From the NCBI GenBank assembly GCA_965203175.1, contig OZ241867.1:4450733-4514732 (forward strand): DNA of 64,000 nt. The letters run 5' to 3'. Below, one piece after another: positions 37,279 through 46,531 of this stretch. This stretch comes from Candidatus Latescibacterota bacterium (GTDB taxonomy: Bacteria; Latescibacterota; UBA2968; UBA8231). Position 1 is the first letter of the stretch. Every line of letters starts with the position of its first letter. Position numbers and translations under genes: made by a program. Under the pieces are notes generated by a model. It was given only the letters and a program-made list of their open reading frames with translations. It ran no database searches and had not been told where the DNA came from.

Positions 37279-38466
37279 ATGAATCGCACTGACGATGGTT
37301 TTGCAGGAGAATCGACCCGCTCCGTTCACGGGGGAGTGGAACGAGATAAATTTGCCCAATCCCTCATCGACCCCATTGCCCAGACCGCCACTTATACTTT
37401 TGCCGATTTAGATGAATTTGTCGCCTTTAAGGCCGGCGAAAAATCACTCTACGAATACGGGCGCTATGGCAATCCAACCCAGCGGGCAGCCGAGTGCAGA
37501 ATAGCCGCCTTGGAAAATGCCGAAGCCGCCTTGCTCTTTTCGTCGGGGATGAGCGCCGTTACCTCGGTGCTCTATGCGATGCTGCGCAGTGGGCAACACT
37601 TGGTGCTCATGGAAGATTGTTATCGCATGACGGCCAAATTCTGCGAGGTCTTGGCCAAATTCGGCATTGAATCCACCATAGTTAAGCCCGGCGATATGGA
37701 TGCATTGGCGGCTGCGGTGCGACCGGAGACCCGTTTAATCTTTACCGAGTCCCCGACCAATCCCCATTTGCACGTCCTCGACTTGGAGCAGCTCGTCGTT
37801 TTTGCCAAACAGCGGCGTCTCAAGGTTATCATCGACAGCACCTTAGCCACGCCGGTCAATCAGCGGCCGCTCGATTTCGGGGTTGATCTGGTCATCCACA
37901 GTGCCACCAAATACCTCGGCGGACACAACGATTTGATGGCGGGTGCCGTCTGCGGCAAGGCTCCTTTAGTCGAGGCCATTGGCGAATACCAACGAATCAC
38001 CGGTGGAATCGTTGACCCCAATACCTCGTATTTATTGATCCGAGGGTTGAAGACGCTCGCATTACGCGTTCTGCGGCAAAACGATACAGCCCTGACAGTA
38101 GCCCGGTTTCTAGAAGCTCATCCCAAGGTTCGCCAGGTCTTTTACCCGGGCCTCGAAAGCCACGTCGATCACCGCGTCGCCAAAGAGCAAATGCGCGGTT
38201 TTGGCGGGTTGATCAGCTTTGAGATCGACGGCACCCCCGAGCAGACGCGGAATTTCGTCCATCGTCTAGCCGTGCCCTATATCGCACCGAGTTTGGGAGG
38301 GGTGGAGACGCTAGTCTCGCATCCGGCGACTGTTTCCTATTACGATTTGAGTGAGAAGGAGCGGCTGACCATCGGCATCACCGACCAGTTGGTGCGCTAT
38401 GCAGTGGGCATTGAGGACGCCGATGAGCTAATCGGCGATATAGAGAGGGCGCTTGAGGAGGTCTAA
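37279..38466 (+). CDS. Cys/Met-metabolism PLP enzyme (cystathionine gamma-synthase / beta-lyase family)
   Basis: PLP lysine in HSATKYLGGHND. Confidence 0.88.
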   Translation: MNRTDDGFAGESTRSVHGGVERDKFAQSLIDPIAQTATYTFADLDEFVAFKAGEKSLYEYGRYGNPTQRAAECRIAALENAEAALLFSSGMSAVTSVLYAMLRSGQHLVLMEDCYRMTAKFCEVLAKFGIESTIVKPGDMDALAAAVRPETRLIFTESPTNPHLHVLDLEQLVVFAKQRRLKVIIDSTLATPVNQRPLDFGVDLVIHSATKYLGGHNDLMAGAVCGKAPLVEAIGEYQRITGGIVDPNTSYLLIRGLKTLALRVLRQNDTALTVARFLEAHPKVRQVFYPGLESHVDHRVAKEQMRGFGGLISFEIDGTPEQTRNFVHRLAVPYIAPSLGGVETLVSHPATVSYYDLSEKERLTIGITDQLVRYAVGIEDADELIGDIERALEEV

Positions 38467-38470
38467 GGGG

Positions 38471-38899
38471 TCAGAAGTTCAAGTCGGCCAAGAGCACGGT
38501 CCAGGGCAGGGAGGCGACTTTGCGGTACAGGTCGCCGTCGCTGGTCACGGCTTGGCAGCGGAGATGGGCACCTAAGGCGATGAAGCCGGCGGCGTACATG
38601 CTGATGGAATGCTCAAAGGCGATTTGCGTTGCTCTGCGGATAATTTCGGCGTTGTAGGGCACAATATCCAAGTGCATGTACGCCAAGCTGGCCAAGGCGT
38701 CGTCGATATGCGTGCGATCGAATTGTTGACTTTCCTTGAGGACGTGGGCTAACTCGTATATTGATTGGTCGAGCACGGTTAGCTCGACCCGTTCCGCTAG
38801 CTGCTCCTGGCGAAGTTCAAGGGCCTTGTGGGCATCCACGTCGTGCGCTGGAGAAAACCACCGCAGCATAACGGAGGTATCTAGCGCGTAGCGAATCAC
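38471..38899 (-). CDS. vapC: PIN-domain toxin VapC
   Basis: YALDTSV... acidic PIN residues. GTG start overlaps the antitoxin stop (GTGA). Confidence 0.8.
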   Translation of the reverse strand: MIRYALDTSVMLRWFSPAHDVDAHKALELRQEQLAERVELTVLDQSIYELAHVLKESQQFDRTHIDDALASLAYMHLDIVPYNAEIIRRATQIAFEHSISMYAAGFIALGAHLRCQAVTSDGDLYRKVASLPWTVLLADLNF

Positions 38900-39153
38900 T
38901 GCTCTTGCCGTTCCGCGCGCAGAAGCTGGAGCGGATCCCAAGGCAGGGCCTTTTTGCGCAGGCTGTCTTGGAGCGTCATTCCGTGTTCAATAGCCGCCTG
39001 CTTCCGCTGGTACTCGTATGTTGCGTCCCTTTGTTGGCAGTACGCCATAAAGGCCAACCGCAGGAGTTTGCTGCGGCTTACGCCCTCTTGCTGCGCAACT
39101 TGATCAATGCGTTCGAGCAAATCGTCCGGCAACATGATATTTACGCGCGCCAT
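38896..39153 (-). CDS. vapB: ribbon-helix-helix (CopG) antitoxin VapB
   Basis: MARVNIMLPDDLLERID. AGGAG RBS before ATG 39153. Confidence 0.8.
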   Translation of the reverse strand: MARVNIMLPDDLLERIDQVAQQEGVSRSKLLRLAFMAYCQQRDATYEYQRKQAAIEHGMTLQDSLRKKALPWDPLQLLRAERQEQ

Positions 39154-39280
39154 AAGCTCCTTTCTTTCGTCTGGCAAGTGGGTGTAAAACGGCCAAGTTA
39201 GTTTTGCACCAACAGACTGTCAAGGAGGCCCACTTGCCTTAGTTTGGGTCGGTCTTTAATGTTACAATCGGGATTAGAAC

Positions 39281-40231
39281 ATGAAAAATTACCTAAAAAT
39301 ATTGTCGGGTTCGAGCAATCCAGCACTGGCTCAGGAAATATGTGATTACTTGGCCATGGTGCCCGCTCGCCGTCAGATCATCCGCGAGCCCAACGACAAT
39401 ATAAAGGTTAAAATAGAGGAGAATGTGCGCGAAGACGACGTCTTTGTCATCCAGACGTCAGCCTCTCCGGTCAATCATCACTTTGTTGAGCTTTTGTTGC
39501 TGATTGACGCGCTCAAGTATGCTTCGGCGCGTCGGATTACGGCCGTATTGCCCTATTATCCTTATGTGCGCGCCGACAAAAAGGACGAACCCCGCATTTC
39601 TATTACCGCTCGTCTCGTTGCCGACCTGCTCCAAACAGCCGGGGCCGACCGAATCTTGACCATCACTTTGCACAGCCCGCAAATCGTGGCGTTCTCGCGC
39701 ATTCCAGTTGACCAATTGTGGGCGACGAGCCTGCTGTGCAATTTTATGCGCATGAAAGACATCAGCAACGCCGTGGTGGTGTCGCCCGATGTGGGGAGTG
39801 CCGATGAAGCCAGCGCATATGCGCATCGGCTCGGCTTGCCGCTGGCCATTATGGATAAACGCCGCTACGCAGACGACGAAAAAGTCGAAATCAAAAATAT
39901 GATCGGCGAGGTTGATGGCCGCGACGCCTTGCTCTTCGACGAGGAGGTGCTGACGGGAGGGTCCATGATGGAGTCAATACGGGTCCTTAAAGAAAGAGGC
40001 GCACGTCGAATACTGGCCGGTTGCACGCATGGCGTTTTTTCCGGGCAAGCCCTAGAGAGGATTGAAGCCTCCTCAGTGGAAGTATTCGCCACCACGAATA
40101 CCATCCCATTGCCCGAGGGCAAGCCGAGGAGCAAAATCGCCGTACTAAGCGTCGCTCGGTTGTTGGGGGATGCGATCAAAGCCATTCACCACGGCGAATC
40201 CGTGAGCCGCCTGATTGAGTGGGAGGGCTAG
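39281..40231 (+). CDS. prs: ribose-phosphate pyrophosphokinase
   Basis: VFVIQTS, IDALKYASARRITAVLPYYPYVRADKK, DKRR. Confidence 0.92.
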   Translation: MKNYLKILSGSSNPALAQEICDYLAMVPARRQIIREPNDNIKVKIEENVREDDVFVIQTSASPVNHHFVELLLLIDALKYASARRITAVLPYYPYVRADKKDEPRISITARLVADLLQTAGADRILTITLHSPQIVAFSRIPVDQLWATSLLCNFMRMKDISNAVVVSPDVGSADEASAYAHRLGLPLAIMDKRRYADDEKVEIKNMIGEVDGRDALLFDEEVLTGGSMMESIRVLKERGARRILAGCTHGVFSGQALERIEASSVEVFATTNTIPLPEGKPRSKIAVLSVARLLGDAIKAIHHGESVSRLIEWEG

Positions 40232-40234
40232 GTA

Positions 40235-40396
40235 ATGCCAAGTAAACTGAGTATTTTCTTTGAGTTATGGGATTTTATGAAGGTGCGCAAAAAGTGGTGG
40301 TTGGGGCCGATATTTGCCACTTTGATCCTGTTAGGGCTGTTAATTGTCACAACCCAAGGATCAGCAGTAGCCCCGTTTATTTACGCCCTGTTTTAA
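40235..40396 (+). CDS. 53-aa DUF5989-like small membrane protein
   Basis: MPSKLSIFFELWDFMKVRKKWWLGPIFATLILLGLLIVTTQGSAVAPFIYALF. Below the track cutoff. Confidence 0.6.
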   Translation: MPSKLSIFFELWDFMKVRKKWWLGPIFATLILLGLLIVTTQGSAVAPFIYALF

Positions 40397-40422
40397 GTCT
40401 TATAACATATAATATGTAAAAT
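40395..40422 (+). other. dif-like 11-6-11 site (copy a)
   Basis: AAGTCTTATAA-CATATA-ATATGTAAAAT. Fills the whole spacer between the DUF5989 stop and the apt ATG. Confidence 0.45.
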
Positions 40423-40933
40423 GAATATAAAAGAACTCATCCGCGAAGTCCCCAATTTCCCGCAAGACGGCATTTTGTATAAAGACATCACGCCGCTGCT
40501 CAAGGACCCCGCTGGTTTATCCGCTGCGGTCCAAATTATGCTCAAACCCTTTGCGGACTCCGAAGTAGACGTCGTCGTCGGCATAGAAGCCCGCGGCTTT
40601 GTCTTTGCGACACCCATGGCCCTCGAGTTAGGATGCGGTTTTGTGCCGGTGCGCAAACCGGGTAAGCTACCGGCGGCCACGCTGCGCCGCGAATACGCAC
40701 TCGAATACGGCGAGACCTCTCTGGAAATCCATACCGATGCCATCGCGCCGGGGCAGAAGGTCTTGGTCGTGGATGACGTTTTGGCCACCGGTGGAACCTT
40801 GGTGGCGACGTGTCAAACGCTTGAAGAGTTGGGAGCGGTTGTCGTGGGCATCAGCGTTTTGGCCGAGTTGAGCTTTTTGTCGGGCCGCCGCCTCTTGCAC
40901 GGGTACAAATTGGCAAGTGCTATCGTCTATTAA
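40421..40933 (+). CDS. apt: adenine phosphoribosyltransferase
   Basis: VLVVDDVLATGGT PRPP motif, 170 aa. Confidence 0.93.
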   Translation: MNIKELIREVPNFPQDGILYKDITPLLKDPAGLSAAVQIMLKPFADSEVDVVVGIEARGFVFATPMALELGCGFVPVRKPGKLPAATLRREYALEYGETSLEIHTDAIAPGQKVLVVDDVLATGGTLVATCQTLEELGAVVVGISVLAELSFLSGRRLLHGYKLASAIVY

Positions 40934-40970
40934 AACCTGAACCTAAAACCAGGGGGAAGCAATACCTTTC

Positions 40971-41639
40971 ATGTCGAGTGAACGCCGTAGACTGAGCAAG
41001 AGCGAACTCCGCGAAGATGAGTTCGTCGAATGGATCATGGAGGCAGTCGAGTACGTCAAAGAGCGCGCTCGCCTCTTTGGCGGTGGAGCCGTCGCTGTGA
41101 TCGCGGTCATTATGGCCATCAATTATTTCATCGAGTCCAAAGAGGCCGATAGACTCAAAGCCGCCGCGCTACTCGGCGATGTGCTGATGGTCGAGCAGGG
41201 CGGCGAGCCAACCGAGGCGATCCGCTATGCCGAGGAACTGGTATCCTCTTATGCCGGGACCACAGCTGCAGCCCAAGGGATCGTACTTTTGGCTAATCTC
41301 CACTACTCACAGGGCCGCTATGGCGAGGCTCGAGGTTACTACCAGAGCTACTTGGACAACTATGAGCCTGTAGATGTGCTGGTCCACGCGGCCCAGAGCG
41401 GTCTCGGTGCCTGTCTCGAAGCTGAAGGGCAGCTCCTAGCCGCGGCCCAGCACTACGAAACCTATGCGGCCCAGCAGGCGGGGACCATCCGCGAGGCCAT
41501 GGCGCGGATGGAAGCCGCCCGCATATATGGGTTGGCCGGCGAGAGCGACAAGCAACAGGCCCTACTCAAACAAGTCAGTCGCACATTCGCCCAGTACCCG
41601 ATTGCCGCTCAAGCCCGCGCTGCACTAGCCATGTTCTAA
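40971..41639 (+). CDS. YfgM-like membrane-anchored TPR protein
   Basis: N-terminal charged region, single TM, TPR-like helices. Confidence 0.5.
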   Translation: MSSERRRLSKSELREDEFVEWIMEAVEYVKERARLFGGGAVAVIAVIMAINYFIESKEADRLKAAALLGDVLMVEQGGEPTEAIRYAEELVSSYAGTTAAAQGIVLLANLHYSQGRYGEARGYYQSYLDNYEPVDVLVHAAQSGLGACLEAEGQLLAAAQHYETYAAQQAGTIREAMARMEAARIYGLAGESDKQQALLKQVSRTFAQYPIAAQARAALAMF

Positions 41640-41647
41640 GGGGGCTA

Positions 41648-42573
41648 TTGATGGGCAGTACAGATCTCAAAGTTTTCGCTGGGCGAAGCAACCCCGCACT
41701 GGCAGCAGGCATTTACCAGTCGCTGGCCATTGAGCCAGGACACATCGAATTTATCGACTTTAGCAACGAAAATATAAAGGTAAAGATCTGCGAAAATGTA
41801 CGCGGCCACGATGTGTTCTTTATTCAAACCTCGTGTCCTCCCGTCAGCGACTACTTGATGGAGCTGCTCATAGCTCTCGACGCCCTAAAATACGCCTCGG
41901 CCGGCCGCATCACCGCCGTTCTGCCTTACTATCCGTATGCTCTGGCCGACAGCAAGGACGAACCAAGGATTTCCGTGGCGGGTCGTCTGGTGGCGGATCT
42001 AATCGCTGAAGCGGGGGCGGACCGCATTCTCACCATGACCTTACATAGCCCTCAGACTATGGGCTTTAGCCGGATCCCAGTTGATCAACTCAGCGGCGTC
42101 CCGGCGATATGTGCTTATTACGCTGACCTCGACCGAGACAACTTAGTCGCTGCCGCTCCGGACATCAGTCGCGCCAAGGTCACCGAAACCTATGCCCAGC
42201 GGTTGGGGTTGCCCCTTGTAGTCGTTGATCAGGGTGCCGGGGAAAACAGGGTCATTGGCGACGTAGCCGGCCGAGATGTCGTATCTTCGACGACGCGATC
42301 ATTACCGGCACTTCCATCCTCAGGGGGGCTGCTGCGGTTAAAGAGCGCGGAGGGCGCAAAATCTACGCTGGTTGCGTTCACGGCACCCTCACCAAGGAAA
42401 CGCTAGCGAGGTTGGATCAGTCCAGCCTGCAGGCGCTCGCCATTACCGATACGATTCCCTTGCCAGCGGACGCTAGCACTCCCATGATGCAGGTGTGCTC
42501 CGTGGCCCCTCTCTTTGCCCGTGCTATCCGCGCTATCCACGAAGAAACGTCTATTAGTGCGCTATTCAACTGA
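41648..42573 (+). pseudogene. prs: second prs copy disrupted by a 1-nt frameshift near 42281-42283
   Basis: Prs-like to ...VIGDVAGRDVV. The homologous continuation IFDDAIITGTS...AIHEETSISALFN is in another frame and ends at TGA 42571-42573. The DKRR segment is also missing. Confidence 0.75.
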
Positions 42574-42585
42574 GGCGAAGCCGTT

Positions 42586-43308
42586 TTGAAGATCGCAGTA
42601 CTAGCCGATATCCACGCCAATCTCGAAGCACTAGAGGCCGTGTTGATCGCCGCGACTAACGCTGGTGCCGAGCGCATCCTCTGCCTAGGGGACATTGTGG
42701 GATACGGGCCCGATCCCTTGGGCTGTATCTATCGGCTCAAGGAGGTAGAAGCGCAGATCGTACTGGGCAATCACGACCAAGCCGTGCTGGAGCCGGCGCG
42801 CATCCAGTCTTTTAACCTGTTGGCCCGTCCCTCATTGTACCAAGCACACGAGTTACTGGGAGAGGAAGAACGGGACTTTCTACAGCAGGGGGTCTTGCGA
42901 CGCGTGGAACGCGATGCGGCCCTGTCCCATGCCAATCCCCTCAAGCCCGAAGAGTGGGAACCCCTCCTCATGTACGATCGCGTCGCTTGGTGCATGAGCC
43001 ATCTCAAGTGGCCATTGGCTTTTGTCGGCCACACACACGAATCGCGCATCTACTGCAAGATGCGCGATAAGCCCGTGCCGCTGACTTCGGCTAGGGCCGC
43101 CATAGGAGAGCACCGGTATTTGGTTTCTGTCGGCAGTGTCGGCCAACCCCGCGACGGCGACTGGCGGTCGGCGTACACCCTGTGGGATACCGACGAACAA
43201 TGGGTTGAACTCCAACGAGTCGAATACCCGTTTAAGCTGACCCAGCAAAAGATCGAAAACCTCGGCTACCCCAACTATTTAGCTGAACGCCTCGCCAAAG
43301 GGGAGTAG
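42586..43308 (+). CDS. metallophosphoesterase
   Basis: ADIHAN, GDIVGYG, GNHD, GHTH motifs. TTG start. Confidence 0.85.
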   Translation: MKIAVLADIHANLEALEAVLIAATNAGAERILCLGDIVGYGPDPLGCIYRLKEVEAQIVLGNHDQAVLEPARIQSFNLLARPSLYQAHELLGEEERDFLQQGVLRRVERDAALSHANPLKPEEWEPLLMYDRVAWCMSHLKWPLAFVGHTHESRIYCKMRDKPVPLTSARAAIGEHRYLVSVGSVGQPRDGDWRSAYTLWDTDEQWVELQRVEYPFKLTQQKIENLGYPNYLAERLAKGE

Positions 43309-43323
43309 GTAGGGCGGGCACTC

Positions 43324-44229
43324 ATGCAGGGCCGCATTATCAGAGTCTCTGGGCTACAGTGCCTCGTCGAGGTCGAGCAAAGCCACTGGAAATGCGAGAT
43401 TCGGGGTCGTCTCAAGTCTGGGCGTCGCAAGACTAGTTCCCCGGTCGTTGCTGGCGATTGGGTCGATGTCGTACCTACGGCGGAACGGACTGGAGTCATC
43501 GAAACGGTACATCCCCGATCCTCTAAATTTTCGCGTGGGGCCAGTGGAGCACGTCCGTTTGAGCAAATTCTCTTTGTCAATATGGAGCAATTGGTCGTCG
43601 TTGTGGCCGCTTGCCAACCCAAGCCCCGTCGCGGCTTTATTGACAGAACGATTGTCATGGCGATAAAGGGGAATCTCCAGCCGGTGGTATGTATCAACAA
43701 GGTCGATTTAGCCTCCGAAGAAGCCGTGGACTCCCTAACTGCCCCTTATGAGGCCCTCGGTTATCCAATTTATCGCACCAGTGCCCTGCGAGGCGACGGC
43801 ATGGGAATGTTCAAAGAAGCCCTGATCAATCGCAGCACGGCCGTGGTCGGCCAATCTGGGGTCGGCAAATCGACCTTGCTCAACGGTATCGAACCAGGGT
43901 TGGGACTAAAGACAAAGGAAATAATGAAGCACCACGACCGGGGCCGGCACACGACCACGACCGTGCATTTATTCAAGTTGCGAGAGGGCGGCTATGTGGT
44001 CGATACTCCAGGAGTTAAAAAACTCCGCTTATGGGGGGTAAAACCTGCTGAGCTAGCGACGTATTATCCCGAGCTAGAACCTTTGCGTGGCCAATGCCAA
44101 TTCGGCGATTGCAGCCACTTGCACGAACCCGGCTGTGCGGTCCGCGCAGCCGTAGCGACCGGTCGCATAGCGTCGGCGCGCTACGAAGGATATCGGCGTA
44201 TTTTTGCGAGCTTGAGTGGGGATGAATGA
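43324..44229 (+). CDS. rsgA: ribosome small-subunit GTPase RsgA
   Basis: VGQSGVGKSTLLN. Zinc knuckle CQFGDCSHLHEPGC. Confidence 0.93.
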   Translation: MQGRIIRVSGLQCLVEVEQSHWKCEIRGRLKSGRRKTSSPVVAGDWVDVVPTAERTGVIETVHPRSSKFSRGASGARPFEQILFVNMEQLVVVVAACQPKPRRGFIDRTIVMAIKGNLQPVVCINKVDLASEEAVDSLTAPYEALGYPIYRTSALRGDGMGMFKEALINRSTAVVGQSGVGKSTLLNGIEPGLGLKTKEIMKHHDRGRHTTTTVHLFKLREGGYVVDTPGVKKLRLWGVKPAELATYYPELEPLRGQCQFGDCSHLHEPGCAVRAAVATGRIASARYEGYRRIFASLSGDE

Positions 44230-45163
44230 ACTGACTATTAAGGATCTGCTAGCTACCTACGGGCAGCAACTACGGCTGAAGCTCATCGCCGGTTCCGAAG
44301 GGGTACAGCGGACCATCAACAACAGCGACATCCACCGTCCTGGCCTAGCCCTGACGGGCTTCGTCGAGCTGTTTACCTTGGATCAAGTACAGCTCTTGGG
44401 CAATACCGAAGCGGAGTATCTGCGCAGCTTACCCCCAGACCGACGGCGGCAGGCCCTCAAAATCATATACCAATTCGATATTCCATGCGTGGTCTTGACC
44501 GGTAGGGGACGGGTGTACTCTGAGTTGCGGGAGCTAGCCGATGAGTGCGCGGTCCCACTGCTGAAGTCTGGATTCAACACGGCCGAGTTTACCCATCTCA
44601 TCCGCTTTTACCTCGACGAGGTGTTCTCGCCCCAAGTGTCCATGCATGGTACGTTGGTCGATGTCTCTGGAGTAGGGTTACTTTTTCGCGGCCGCAGTGG
44701 TATTGGCAAAAGCGAAGTCGCCTTGGATTTGGTCGAGCGCGGGCATCGGTTGGTGGCCGACGATGTGGTCATCATTAACCGCAAGCCCCAAGGCATTTTG
44801 GTGGGGTGTAGCTCGGAGATGCTCCAAGATCACATCGAAATTCGCGGCATCGGCATCCTAGACGTAAAAAAGATGTTTGGCGCGTGGAGGACTCGGCGGC
44901 AGAAGCGGGTGGAGGTATTGGTCAACCTCGTCGATTGGGACGAAAAATATGCCTACGAACGCCTTGGCCTCGAAGATAATAAAGTGGTAATCCTCGGTGT
45001 CGAGGTGCCCGAGGTCTTCATACCGCTATTTCCCGGTAAAAATATCACGGTACTCGCCGAGGCTATAGCGATAGATTATCTCTTGCGCTTGGACGGGGAT
45101 TACGCGGCACGGACATTTAGCCAGCGGCTCCAGGAGCGAATTAAGATGGGCAAAAAACCATGA
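44222..45163 (+). CDS. hprK: HPr kinase/phosphorylase
   Basis: GRSGIGKSE P-loop, IEIRGIGILD. ATG 44222 overlaps the rsgA stop. Confidence 0.92.
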   Translation: MNELTIKDLLATYGQQLRLKLIAGSEGVQRTINNSDIHRPGLALTGFVELFTLDQVQLLGNTEAEYLRSLPPDRRRQALKIIYQFDIPCVVLTGRGRVYSELRELADECAVPLLKSGFNTAEFTHLIRFYLDEVFSPQVSMHGTLVDVSGVGLLFRGRSGIGKSEVALDLVERGHRLVADDVVIINRKPQGILVGCSSEMLQDHIEIRGIGILDVKKMFGAWRTRRQKRVEVLVNLVDWDEKYAYERLGLEDNKVVILGVEVPEVFIPLFPGKNITVLAEAIAIDYLLRLDGDYAARTFSQRLQERIKMGKKP

Positions 45164-45960
45164 TGACGCTTGGCGTAGCAGGCCATGCCCTCGAGGTAGC
45201 CGTGCATCAGGATGCTTTGCAAAGCTGCGGCGATATTCAGTTCGTGCACCAATCTGATTGCGCTGCGGTCTTGGAAGAAAAAATAGACGGCCTGGTGATA
45301 TTGCACGTGGAAGACAAATCGCATTGGATAGGAGCGGCCGTGGCAGCCGGTCTTCACGTCATGGCCTCCCATCCCGTCCAGGAGCCGTTTGCAAACAGCC
45401 ATCCCAATGTGTGCGTGCTTTCACTGGGGAGGCATACGCACTTTTGCACAGCTTTGACCGCTCAGCAAGGGGTAGCGCATTACTCTCTAGAGCTTTCTTT
45501 TGCTTCGGCTCTATTCGATCCCATCAACCGCGATATGATCTACAACCAGGCGGCCTTGGACATATGCGACCTGTTGCTGAGCACTTGGGGACGGGTAGAT
45601 ATGCTGTACAGCAGGATGCGCAACTTTTTTCACCCTGGGCGCATGGAGGACGTGTCGATTGCGCTACTGAGGATGCGCAACGGAGTCGAAGGCTCGGTTT
45701 CATTCATGGACTTTCCGGCTGTGGCTCCGGCTTTGCGAGTCCGCTTGTATGCACAGGACGAAATGGTCGATACGTCTTGGCCTTGGGTGTGGGAAGCGGA
45801 CGATCTGGCGGCGTATTATCGCAATTTTGTCGCCTGTATCCAAGGACGAGCCCAACCGCTGTTGGATTTGGCACAGGTCGCTGAAAGCTATCGTCTCTTG
45901 GAATGGATGCGCATGTCGGCGAGGCAAGATATGGTTTTAAATCGCAAGCAAGTAAAATAA
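45160..45960 (+). CDS. divergent Gfo/Idh/MocA-like protein (no intact GxGxxG)
   Basis: Weak Rossmann-like N-terminus. Overlaps the hprK stop by 4 nt. Confidence 0.4.
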   Translation: MMTLGVAGHALEVAVHQDALQSCGDIQFVHQSDCAAVLEEKIDGLVILHVEDKSHWIGAAVAAGLHVMASHPVQEPFANSHPNVCVLSLGRHTHFCTALTAQQGVAHYSLELSFASALFDPINRDMIYNQAALDICDLLLSTWGRVDMLYSRMRNFFHPGRMEDVSIALLRMRNGVEGSVSFMDFPAVAPALRVRLYAQDEMVDTSWPWVWEADDLAAYYRNFVACIQGRAQPLLDLAQVAESYRLLEWMRMSARQDMVLNRKQVK

Positions 45961-45993
45961 AAAGTCTTATAAAATATTTTATGTAAACAAAAA
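45960..45993 (+). repeat. left copy of the perfect 34-bp inverted repeat; dif-like core 45962-45989
   Basis: AAAAGTCTTATAAAATATTTTATGTAAACAAAAA is the exact reverse complement of 49494-49527. Confidence 0.95.
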
Positions 45994-46000
45994 ATCTATA

Positions 46001-46525
46001 ATGAATACACCATCCTCACCACCTACATACTTCGCTCTTGGGTTGGCAAGCTTCTTGTTAGCAATTGTGTTATTGTTCAACATGCTCAGTCCTATGGCTG
46101 TGCCAGTTACCAGAGAGCAGTTCGATCAGATAAAAGAGGCCGATCTCATCGAGTCTCTGATTGTGCAACCCCGAGGATTTACTTGGCAACTCAAAAGGGC
46201 CGTGAGAGTCCAGGGGACCAACGGCGAGACACTAGCCAAGCGGGTCGCGCTAGTAGAGCCAGACCCAGCCGTAGGCGAAGATTGGCAACAAAAGGGAGGA
46301 GCGGTGCGCCACGAGCAAGATAACTCGTGGTGGGGTGGGGCAGTCTTCATCGCCTTGTTACTCGGCGTGGGGGGATGGCATATCTGGTCCCAAATACGGT
46401 TAGATCTCAAAGGGGGAGGGGGGCCGCGCCGCCGCTTGCGCGACCTGGAAACCGCGCTTAAACAAGGCAAAATTACCCAAGCCGAATTCCGGCAGCAGGC
46501 CGAGCGGCTCTGGGCCGAATTGTGA
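46001..46525 (+). CDS. two-TM membrane protein with a C-terminal SHOCT-like helix
   Basis: N-terminal TM, second TM, tail LRDLETALKQGKITQAEFRQQAERLWAEL. Confidence 0.65.
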   Translation: MNTPSSPPTYFALGLASFLLAIVLLFNMLSPMAVPVTREQFDQIKEADLIESLIVQPRGFTWQLKRAVRVQGTNGETLAKRVALVEPDPAVGEDWQQKGGAVRHEQDNSWWGGAVFIALLLGVGGWHIWSQIRLDLKGGGGPRRRLRDLETALKQGKITQAEFRQQAERLWAEL

Positions 46526-46531
46526 GGAGCT

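Noticed and set aside
42417-42695. 92-aa minus-strand ORF.
   Set aside because: It lies antisense to the displaced 3' frame of the frameshifted prs paralog, which explains why this region looked empty in the track.
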